The notes under the pieces were generated by a model that was not told the DNA's origin, searched no databases, and saw only the letters and a list, made by a program, of their open reading frames with translations. From IMG/VR virus record IMGVR_UViG_3300049437_000032, positions 1 to 42,090 of that record: DNA of 42,090 bases; one strand, written 5' to 3'. Within the stretch, counting starts at the first letter, position 1. The number at the start of each line of letters is the position of its first letter. Source of the stretch: a virus (lineage: Duplodnaviria; Caudoviricetes). Positions 24,016 through 32,365 of the stretch are shown here, in pieces. A program made the position numbers and the translations under genes.

Positions 24016-26451
24016 GTGGCTGACGAAATCACCGAACAGCGCGAGGCAGAGGTCATCGCGGGCCTCGAGCGAATCCTCACCGCGTCGCGCTCGGTCGATG
24101 CACGTGCCTTCGCGCCAAAGCCTCTCTCGACCGTCCTTGTCGCCGATCGCGACGGTATCCACCGCGGACTCGCGGATCTCGGAGATTTCGACGTGAAGCG
24201 ACTCAAGGGCGTGCTCAAGCCGCGCGCAGCGCCGGTGACGGACGTCACCGCGCCTGGCGTGATCTCGGATCTACACATCAGCCTGAACGGCCAGGTGGCG
24301 GTGCTGGACAGCTCGCCGGCACCCGACAACGTGGCCGTGCTCGGTTACGTCGACGAGCGCCAGGTCGACAGCGGATCGTGGACCGCGCTCGACCCGATCC
24401 CGGGCACGCGCCGCGAGGACTCCGCGACGACAGGCTTCGCGGGCTCGACCGTCACGTATCGCCGCCGGGCGCTCGACCACGCTGGCAACTACTCCGCGAA
24501 CTATTCGAACGTCGTGAGCGCGATCATCCCCGTGCTTGCGCCTGCTGACACCGCACCGCCTAGCCGGCCCATGTCCGTGACGGTCACGCCTGGCGCGGGC
24601 AAGGTCACGGTGTCGCATCAGGCCTCGACCGATCCCTACGTCGCGGCGGCGGGCGAAATGGCCGAGTACCGCTACTTCCGCGACGGCGTGCTGGTCGCCA
24701 CGCTGGCGACCGCGGCGGGCTCTTCGCCGCAGTTCTTGCTCCAGAACATCGGCGGTGCGTCGCCGGCCCCAACTGCCGTGCAGGCCAATGACGGCAGTTG
24801 GGCGCTCACCTCGACCGGCAAGTTCGATGCGCTGGCCGCAGACCTGGGCGGGTTCCTGGCGACGCAGCGCACGGGCGACTTTCGCCTCACGGTTCAGGTC
24901 GACGCGGTGGCGAACGTCTCCGGCTCGTCGGTTCCGAGCTTGCTGGTTCAGGCGCGCGAGTCGCTGGCGCCTGGCTCGAAGCACATCTCGATCTTCCTGC
25001 TCGGCAGCTACGCGGCGGGGGGCGTCGGAATGCGCAGCCGCAGCGCCACGGATGCTGTGGCGGTCAACGGCACCATCATCGCCGGCGTGTTCGCGCCAGC
25101 CCTGCTCGACATCCAGCGCGTCGGCGACGTCTTCACGCTCTCGTATGGTCAGAACCTCAACGCGCTCACGACGCTGTGGAGCGGCAGCTATTCTTTGGCC
25201 TCAACGCTGTACTGGGGAATCCCGCTCGGGGAGTACTTCGGCTCCGCAGCGACGGCCTCGATCAGCAACGTCAACGCCACGAGCGAGAGCGCCGTGTCGC
25301 AGGACATTCCCGCGACTCTCTCTGGCAGCTATCAGGTCTCAGCTCTGGATTCCACTGGCAACGAGAGCGTGCGCTCCGTCGCTGTCGTCGGCTCGCCGAT
25401 CACGAACGCGATCAAGTGGCATCCTGGGCACTACATGGCGCTCGACAAGCACCGCTTCAGTCCGGCGCAGCAGGCGGCGGACTTCGCGGAGATCGACGCC
25501 TACGCGACCAACCCGAGCATCAAGGGCGTCTACATCTGGCGCTACTGGGACGAGCTGGAGGGCGACACCGCGGGCGACTATTCGAGCGGGTTCGCCAACG
25601 TCGACGCGTACGTTGCGAAGTGCGCTTCGAAGGGCCTGAGATTCATGCTCGTCCTGAACGAGCGGCAGTTTGCCGCTCCCTGGCCGGCCGGGCATCCGGT
25701 GTCGTCGGATATGCAGGGCTTCGCCCCGGCGTATCTGTTGAGTTCGTCGTTCGGCGCGGTGAACGCCGGCACCGCGGAATTCGGCGGTGTCGTCGCGTCG
25801 CCGTCCGGTGTGGTATGGGCCGGAAGCCTCAGGGCCATTGCCCGTAGTTGGACGGCGACCATCGCCGATCGTCTGATCGCGCTCTCCGCAGCGTACGCGA
25901 ACCGATACGACGCCAACCCGCACTTCGAGATGTTCGCCATCGACGCCGAGACGTCCGTTGGCGGCCCCCCGCCGAGCTTCTCGTACGCCGCCTACATCGC
26001 GCAACTCAAGCGCATTTACGGCGCGGCCCGCGCGCAGTGGCTGAAGACGCAGGTGCGCGCCTATCCGAACTATCTCGATACCGACGCTCGCATGCAGGAC
26101 TTCATGGACTGGTGCGCAGCGAACGGCGTGACGATGGGTGGCCCGGACACCGCGGACGCGCGCAACGTCCAGTCCGATCGGATGTGGGTCGGGGAAGTCG
26201 GCAGCACCGACTATCGCGGGCTGGTCCCGTGGGTGGCCGAGTACCAGAACCCGGTGGCGAGCTACTACGGCACGCCGACGGCGGAGTACACCTTCGCGAA
26301 GACTGTGCTGCGCATGGCCTACATGCTGTGGAACGTGCACAACGGCTCGACGTCGCCGAAGGGCCCCTCCGACATCATGGCGTGCATCAGCGCCAACCCC
26401 ACCATGGGCCAGCCCACGGCGCCGGCCGGGTGGGTCGTGGATACGGGCTGA
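24016..26451 (+). CDS. multidomain protein: FN3-like repeats, lectin-like beta-sandwich, glycoside-hydrolase-like barrel
   Basis: DVTAP/DTAPPS...YRRRALDHAGNYS and YQVSALDSTGNES FN3 signatures; C-terminal IKWHPGHYM...W.ELEG...GDY...RYD.NP.FE...ETS. Confidence 0.75.
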   Translation: MADEITEQREAEVIAGLERILTASRSVDARAFAPKPLSTVLVADRDGIHRGLADLGDFDVKRLKGVLKPRAAPVTDVTAPGVISDLHISLNGQVAVLDSSPAPDNVAVLGYVDERQVDSGSWTALDPIPGTRREDSATTGFAGSTVTYRRRALDHAGNYSANYSNVVSAIIPVLAPADTAPPSRPMSVTVTPGAGKVTVSHQASTDPYVAAAGEMAEYRYFRDGVLVATLATAAGSSPQFLLQNIGGASPAPTAVQANDGSWALTSTGKFDALAADLGGFLATQRTGDFRLTVQVDAVANVSGSSVPSLLVQARESLAPGSKHISIFLLGSYAAGGVGMRSRSATDAVAVNGTIIAGVFAPALLDIQRVGDVFTLSYGQNLNALTTLWSGSYSLASTLYWGIPLGEYFGSAATASISNVNATSESAVSQDIPATLSGSYQVSALDSTGNESVRSVAVVGSPITNAIKWHPGHYMALDKHRFSPAQQAADFAEIDAYATNPSIKGVYIWRYWDELEGDTAGDYSSGFANVDAYVAKCASKGLRFMLVLNERQFAAPWPAGHPVSSDMQGFAPAYLLSSSFGAVNAGTAEFGGVVASPSGVVWAGSLRAIARSWTATIADRLIALSAAYANRYDANPHFEMFAIDAETSVGGPPPSFSYAAYIAQLKRIYGAARAQWLKTQVRAYPNYLDTDARMQDFMDWCAANGVTMGGPDTADARNVQSDRMWVGEVGSTDYRGLVPWVAEYQNPVASYYGTPTAEYTFAKTVLRMAYMLWNVHNGSTSPKGPSDIMACISANPTMGQPTAPAGWVVDTG

Positions 26452-26452
26452 C

Positions 26453-27205
26453 ATGGCGATCAGTTACTTCGATCGCGCCTCGAACGTCGCGGACGGCGGT
26501 TCGCAGACGAACGCCGCTGCGCGATCAGTCACTCCGCCGGCCTCGATGCAAGCCGGCGATCTGGTCTTCGTCTACTGCGTGGACGGGTCGGGCGTCGGCA
26601 CGCTGTCGGTGTCCAACAGCGGCGGGCAGACGTGGACGAGCGAGACGCAGAACGGCACGGTCATCGTGCGCCGCATCTTCTGGTGCGTGTTCAACGGCAC
26701 CTGGTCGTCCGATCCCGCATTCGTCAATAGCACGCTCGGCACCGCATCGTTGACGTGCGATATGGCGGTGTTCCGTCCGACGAACGCGAGTGCATCCTGG
26801 TCGGTCGATCAGGCGAATTCTTCGGTCAACCAGGGCACGCCGAGCGGCCCGCCGTACGATGTGACGGTCGCGGGCCAGACGCCGACGACGGGGGCCAGCG
26901 TCGTCACGATCGCCGCGGTGGCCTGTGGGGACGACAACACCTGGGCGCTTCAGACCGGTGGCTGGAGCAACCCCGGCGGTAACACGCAGATCCGCAACAG
27001 CACGGGCATGTCGTCGTCGCTCGCGTATCTGATCCAGGCGAGCGCCGCCGCGACGGGCAGCGTCGTGAACCGCCAGACGGCCAATGGGCCGGATGCGACC
27101 GCTTCCAACATCATGACGTTCAAGGAAACGCTGGCTTCCAATTCCGTGGCCCTTGAACGCGGGAGACGCGGGACCAATCGCGGCATCAACACAGGACTCG
27201 CATAA
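26453..27205 (+). CDS. Ser/Thr/Gly-rich beta protein, probable virion appendage
   Basis: ATG at 26453; PASMQAGDLVFVY. Confidence 0.75.
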   Translation: MAISYFDRASNVADGGSQTNAAARSVTPPASMQAGDLVFVYCVDGSGVGTLSVSNSGGQTWTSETQNGTVIVRRIFWCVFNGTWSSDPAFVNSTLGTASLTCDMAVFRPTNASASWSVDQANSSVNQGTPSGPPYDVTVAGQTPTTGASVVTIAAVACGDDNTWALQTGGWSNPGGNTQIRNSTGMSSSLAYLIQASAAATGSVVNRQTANGPDATASNIMTFKETLASNSVALERGRRGTNRGINTGLA

Positions 27206-28369
27206 ATGGCCGACCTCTACAAGTACGGCGTGGCCGTGCACATCTACAAGCCGATCATCAAGCGCGGCGTCGTCGATTTTGCCGTCGGCGCCGATTGGAC
27301 GCCCGCGGCCGGCGACGTGAAGATCAGCAAGGACGGCGCCGCCGCGGCGAACGTGACTAACCTGCCCACGGCGATCGTCATGGGCAACACCGCGATGTGG
27401 GACTACTCCCTCACCGCGACCGAAATGCAGGCGGCAAAGATCCGCATCACGGTTGCCGATGCCTCGACCAAGGCGGTCGAGGATGTGATGTACGAAATCG
27501 ACACCTACGGGCACGCGAGCGCGCAGCACGCGGTCGATCTGAGCGACACGGTGCGCGCAGGCCTCACGGCGCTGCCGAACGTTGCCTCTGGCAGCGCCGG
27601 CGCGATCCCGACCACGGGCACCGGGGCGAACCAGATCAGCGTCGCGAGCGGCCTCGTGCAGGCGGACGTGGCGAAGATCCTCGGGGCCGTGCCGCCGCCG
27701 CGCTACACCGGCACGGCTCAGGCGGGCGCGGCGAGTTCGATCACGCTGCAATCCGGCACCACGGCGCTCCAGGTCTGCCCGGGCGACGTCATCCTCATCA
27801 CCGGCGGCACGGGCGTCGGCCAGTCAGGCATCGTCGAAAGCCTCTCCGGTGCCGGCGGCTCGACGCCGGTGGCGGTGATGTCGGACCCCTGGCCGAGCGC
27901 GAACCCGGCGAACGGCTCGACCTACGAGGTGCTCAAGATCGGCGGCGGCGTGCCGGCGGGCATCGACGATGTGTGGGCCGCATCGGTTCGTACGCTCACG
28001 GCGCCGACCAACATCGCGCCGGGCATCGCCGATGCAGTATGGGACGAGCTGCGCGCGGATCATGCGACGGTCGACACGTTCGGCGCTGGCGTGGTGGCCG
28101 CCGTGGTGAACGACAAGACTGGCTTCTCGCTCTCGCCGGCGGGCATCGACGCGATCCTCGACCGTCCGATCAGCGAACCCACCGGGCCGTTTGCCTGGAA
28201 CGCGGCGAGCTTGCGCGCGATCGTCGCCTTCCAGGGCGTGCTCTCGCGCAATAAGACCATCACGAGCGAGAACGGCGTGACGGTGCGCAACAGCGCCGAC
28301 ACCATCACCATCGCGCAGGCGAGCGCCACCATCGTGAACGGCGTCCTGACCCGCGGCGCGTACGCCTGA
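27206..28369 (+). CDS. putative structural protein
   Basis: GDVKISKDG, GTAQAGAASSITL and IADAVWDE motifs common in virion proteins. Confidence 0.75.
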   Translation: MADLYKYGVAVHIYKPIIKRGVVDFAVGADWTPAAGDVKISKDGAAAANVTNLPTAIVMGNTAMWDYSLTATEMQAAKIRITVADASTKAVEDVMYEIDTYGHASAQHAVDLSDTVRAGLTALPNVASGSAGAIPTTGTGANQISVASGLVQADVAKILGAVPPPRYTGTAQAGAASSITLQSGTTALQVCPGDVILITGGTGVGQSGIVESLSGAGGSTPVAVMSDPWPSANPANGSTYEVLKIGGGVPAGIDDVWAASVRTLTAPTNIAPGIADAVWDELRADHATVDTFGAGVVAAVVNDKTGFSLSPAGIDAILDRPISEPTGPFAWNAASLRAIVAFQGVLSRNKTITSENGVTVRNSADTITIAQASATIVNGVLTRGAYA

Positions 28370-28372
28370 GCC

Positions 28373-29161
28373 GTGGCGCTTTCGACGCAACAGCTCGGTG
28401 CGCTCGTAGGCCTGGGTCTGCCGTGGGCGCAGATGAACCTGCCGCCGACCGTCACGAACCAGCCCAACACGCCCGGGCTGTACATCGCTGCCGGAATGTT
28501 CCCGGTGATCGTGCTCATCGACGTCCCGCCGGCGCTGCCGATCCCGCCGGTTTCGATTCCGTTCACGCTGCAAAGCCGCGTGGGCGTCGTGAACCTGGCG
28601 CTGACCGGCAAGCTCGGCCAGGAGCGTATCGAGTCGTTCGACGACGACTCGAAGGCCGCAACGCTCGCGAAGAGCAACTTCGATCGCATCCTCGACCAGG
28701 AGCTCGCCCGGTATCGCTGGTACTTCGCCATCGAGCGCCGCGCGATCGCCGCCTCGAGCGACGTGCCCTGGGGCCCGTGGAAGTACAGCTACAGCCTTCC
28801 CGCGGACTGCCTCACGCTCCTGTGGGTCGGGCCCTACGAGCCGGCCGACGTCGGTGATCTGGATCCGGACGGGGAGTGGAGCGTCGAGGGCCCGTACATC
28901 CGCACGAACTTCGGTGCGCCGCTGCCGGTGACCTACATCAAGCGCGTGCTGGAGCCGGGCCTCTGGCATTCGCTGTTCCTCGAGGTGCTCGCCTGCCGGC
29001 TCGGCATGGAGTTCTCCATTCCGCTGTGCAGCTCGCTGAAGCTGTGGGAGAAGTGCCAGGCCGAATACAAGGACGCGATCCGTGAAGCACGGCGCGTGAG
29101 CGCGATCCAGAACCCGCCGCGCGTGAAGCCCGAGGATCCCTGGATCACGGCGAGGCACTGA
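28373..29161 (+). CDS. tail adaptor (tail tubular protein A-like)
   Basis: VVNLAL..LGQ.RIESFDD...A......L....W.FA; Y.LPADCL; LACRL. Confidence 0.8.
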   Translation: MALSTQQLGALVGLGLPWAQMNLPPTVTNQPNTPGLYIAAGMFPVIVLIDVPPALPIPPVSIPFTLQSRVGVVNLALTGKLGQERIESFDDDSKAATLAKSNFDRILDQELARYRWYFAIERRAIAASSDVPWGPWKYSYSLPADCLTLLWVGPYEPADVGDLDPDGEWSVEGPYIRTNFGAPLPVTYIKRVLEPGLWHSLFLEVLACRLGMEFSIPLCSSLKLWEKCQAEYKDAIREARRVSAIQNPPRVKPEDPWITARH

Positions 29162-29164
29162 CCA

Positions 29165-31390
29165 GTGGCCCGTTCGAACCCGGTCATCACGTCGTTCAAC
29201 GCGGGCGAGTGGTCGCCGCGCATGTACGGCCGCGCGGATCTGGCCAAGTACGGCAATTCGTGCCGCCGCATGGAGAACATGACGGCCACCGTGCAGGGTC
29301 CGGCCACGAGGCGCGGTGGAACGCGTTTTGCGGCCTACCAGGGAACGAACGAGGCGCGGGCGTGGCTGGCCTCCTTCCGCTTCTCGGCCGCCCAGGCGTA
29401 CCTCCTGGAGTTCGGGCCGGGCTACATCCGCTTCTACATCAACCGGGCCCAGCTCCTGCTGGGCGGGCAGGCCTATGAGGTGGCCACGCCCTACACCGCC
29501 GGCGACCTGACGACCGTGGACGGCACGTTCGGCCTGAACCTAGAGCAGGTTGGGGACGTCATCTATATCGCCGGCGGGTCGCGCTGGCCGCGCAAGCTCA
29601 CGCGGCTGGAGCCGACGCTGTGGGAACTGACCGAGCACCGGCCGCGTTCGGGCCCCCTGGGCGATGTGAACAGCAACAAGGCTGCCCGGCTCTCTGTCGG
29701 CAGCCGCACGGGCACGAGCGTGCCGGTGACGGCCACCGCCGCGGTGTTCAAGCCGCAGCACGTCGGGATGCTGCTGCGCATTGACCTCGAGGACATCACC
29801 ATACCCCCGTGGGAGCCGGGCAAGGCGCCGGCCGCGGGCGCGCTGCGGCGCTCCGACGGCAAGACCTACCTCGCCAAGAACGCCAACAGCGTGATCGTCA
29901 CGGGCAGCAAGCTGCCGGTGCACGAGGAGGGCGTCGTTGTCGACGGCAGCGGCATGACCGTCGAGGACACGCCGAAGCCCATCGGCATCCTGTGGGAGTT
30001 CCAGGATGCGGGCTACGGCATCGGGCGGATCGTCAGCTACGGCAGTCCGACCCAGGTGACGATAGACGTGCAGACTGACGCGCCGTTCCCGACGGACCTC
30101 ATCACCGCGGCGTCCAACGTCTGGCGGTTCGGGGCCTGGGGCGATGCCGGTGAGTATCCGCAGCACGTCTCGCGGTTCAAGAATCGCCTCGTGTACGCGA
30201 GCACGCGGCGCCTGTGGCTCTCCGTGCCCGGCGATTTCGAGGACTTCACCCGGGACATCATGGGCGAAGTGCGCGACGACGCGGGGATCACGCGCGAGAT
30301 CGACGGCACCGATGCGCTGGCGTGGATGCAGGCCGCGGAGGTGCTGGTGCTGGGCACCGAGTCGACCGAGCTCGTCGCGCAGAAGCAGACGGCCGCGGAT
30401 CCCCTGGCGCCGTCCAACTTCGACGCGGATACGAAGAGCGGCTTCGGTTCACGCTTCCTGCGCCCCGAGCGCGTGGGCCTCGGGCTCGTCCAGATCGACA
30501 AGTCCGGCCGGCGGATCCGCGAATTGCGCTACAGCGCGGAGACCACGCAGTACGACGCCGAGGATCTGACCGTCGAGCGCGAGCACATCACACGCGGCAC
30601 CGTGATCGACTGGGCATTCCAGAAGCAGCCGGAGCGCGTGCTGTGGGTCGTGCTGGCCTCTGGCCTGCTCATCGGCCTGACGCTCGAGCGCGGCCAGGAA
30701 GTCATCGCCGCGCACCGGCATCCGACGGACGGCAAGGTGCTGGCCGTCGAAGTGCTGCCTTCGCCGGACGGGACGCGGGATGACGTCTGGCTCATCGTCG
30801 AGCGGCAGCTCGACGGCCAGGCGCGCCGGTGCGTCGAGCTCATGGACAAGGGCCGTGAGGACGGCGATCCGCTCGCCGAGTCGTTCTATGTCGACTGCGG
30901 GCTGACCTATCGCGGCGCGCCGGCGACCGTAATAAGCGGCCTGGACCATCTGATCGGCCGCGAGGTCTCGATCCTGGCTGACGGCGCGGCGACCCCGAGA
31001 CAGGTGGTGGCCGCGAACGGCACTGTGACGTTGCGAGCGGCGTCCAGCATCGTGCACGTGGGCCTGCCCATGCGGGCGTTGCTCGAGCCGATGACGCTGA
31101 CGCCAGGCAGTGTGCCCGGCAAGACCGAGCGCGCACCGCTCTCGCAGATGCTCCTGCACGAGACCGTCGGCGGGAAGATGGGCCCCGACGAGAATCATCT
31201 GCGGCCTATCGCCGGCCGCTCGCCGTTCACGCCTGACGGCTCGGCATCACCGCTGTACTCCGGGTGGGTCGAGCTTGCGATCGACGGCAGCTCGGGGCGC
31301 CGCGCCTCGTTGGTCGTCGTCCAGGACGAGCCGCTCCCGCTGACCGTTCTGTGCCTGACGCCGGAAGTGGACAAAGATGCGCGTCCTTAG
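29165..31390 (+). CDS. tail nozzle (tail tubular protein B-like)
   Basis: SFNAGEWSP...R.D..KY...N....QGPATRRGGT; GLDHLIGREV.ILADG; QDEPLPLTVL. Confidence 0.88.
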   Translation: MARSNPVITSFNAGEWSPRMYGRADLAKYGNSCRRMENMTATVQGPATRRGGTRFAAYQGTNEARAWLASFRFSAAQAYLLEFGPGYIRFYINRAQLLLGGQAYEVATPYTAGDLTTVDGTFGLNLEQVGDVIYIAGGSRWPRKLTRLEPTLWELTEHRPRSGPLGDVNSNKAARLSVGSRTGTSVPVTATAAVFKPQHVGMLLRIDLEDITIPPWEPGKAPAAGALRRSDGKTYLAKNANSVIVTGSKLPVHEEGVVVDGSGMTVEDTPKPIGILWEFQDAGYGIGRIVSYGSPTQVTIDVQTDAPFPTDLITAASNVWRFGAWGDAGEYPQHVSRFKNRLVYASTRRLWLSVPGDFEDFTRDIMGEVRDDAGITREIDGTDALAWMQAAEVLVLGTESTELVAQKQTAADPLAPSNFDADTKSGFGSRFLRPERVGLGLVQIDKSGRRIRELRYSAETTQYDAEDLTVEREHITRGTVIDWAFQKQPERVLWVVLASGLLIGLTLERGQEVIAAHRHPTDGKVLAVEVLPSPDGTRDDVWLIVERQLDGQARRCVELMDKGREDGDPLAESFYVDCGLTYRGAPATVISGLDHLIGREVSILADGAATPRQVVAANGTVTLRAASSIVHVGLPMRALLEPMTLTPGSVPGKTERAPLSQMLLHETVGGKMGPDENHLRPIAGRSPFTPDGSASPLYSGWVELAIDGSSGRRASLVVVQDEPLPLTVLCLTPEVDKDARP

Positions 31391-31811
31391 CTTCGAGCCA
31401 GGCCACCTCGGCGCCATCATCGCGCAGGGTGGCGAGGCGTTCGCAGGCGCCCGCGGGCTCATGCAGCAGCCCGGCTACGGCCAGCTCCTGAAGGACGCGG
31501 GGGACGCCTGGACGCTCGCCGATGGCGACGTGCTGCTCGGCTGCGGCGGCATCGCGCACGAGCATGCGGAGCTCGGCACGGCCTGGACGTTGCTCAACCC
31601 GATTGCTTCAAGCCGGCACATGGTCATCATCGATCGCGTGGCGCGCCGAATGCTGCGCAACTGCCCGCGGCGGCGGATCCAGGCGACGACGGACCCGGAA
31701 TTCGGTCCCGGGCAACGCTGGCTATTGATGCTGGGATTCGTGCAGGAAGGGCGCTTGCGCGCGTACACCCCGGACGGCCGTGATCAGCTCATGTACGCGA
31801 GGATTCGATAA
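31377..31811 (+). CDS. GNAT-fold protein (T7 gp13-like position)
   Basis: RWLLMLGFVQEGRLRAYTPDGRD. Confidence 0.75.
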   Translation: MRVLSFEPGHLGAIIAQGGEAFAGARGLMQQPGYGQLLKDAGDAWTLADGDVLLGCGGIAHEHAELGTAWTLLNPIASSRHMVIIDRVARRMLRNCPRRRIQATTDPEFGPGQRWLLMLGFVQEGRLRAYTPDGRDQLMYARIR

Positions 31812-32365
31812 TGGCGATGTACGCAATGGCTGCCGGCGTCGCGCTGCAAGTGCTCGGGACTATCTCGGATGCCAATTCCCAGGCGGGACAGTTCAAAGCC
31901 GAGGCCGCCGCGGAGCGCCGCAACGCCAGCATCCTCGACTCGAAGGCGCTTCAGGTCGGCGCGGAGGGAGCGCGCAACGAGGAGCAGATCCGCCGCGAGT
32001 TCCGCCAGGTCATCGGGCGCCAGCTGGCTGGAGCGGGTGAGGGTGGCTTCAGCGCCGCAGGCTCGTCGCTCGACATCATTCAGCAGTCCGAGGCGCGCGG
32101 CGCTCTCGATGCGGCGAACGTGCAGTATCAGGCGCAGAGCGAAGCGCGAGGCTACCGCACGGAGGCCTCCAACGCGCGGGCGCGCAGCGTGATCTCCGCT
32201 CAGTTGGCCAAGCGCGCGAAGCTTGCCGGATATCTCAAGGGCGCTGGCCAGGTCGCGGCCGGCGCCAGCATGATGGGCGGCGGCGGATCCGCGCTCGGCG
32301 CGGGCAGCGGTAAGGGCCTGTATTCAGTGAACTATACCGGCGGCGTGTCCCGCGGGATGGCGTAG
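31811..32365 (+). CDS. internal virion (ejection) protein, gp14-like
   Basis: Hydrophobic Ala/Gly ends, helical core, GSSLDI motif. Confidence 0.75.
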   Translation: MAMYAMAAGVALQVLGTISDANSQAGQFKAEAAAERRNASILDSKALQVGAEGARNEEQIRREFRQVIGRQLAGAGEGGFSAAGSSLDIIQQSEARGALDAANVQYQAQSEARGYRTEASNARARSVISAQLAKRAKLAGYLKGAGQVAAGASMMGGGGSALGAGSGKGLYSVNYTGGVSRGMA

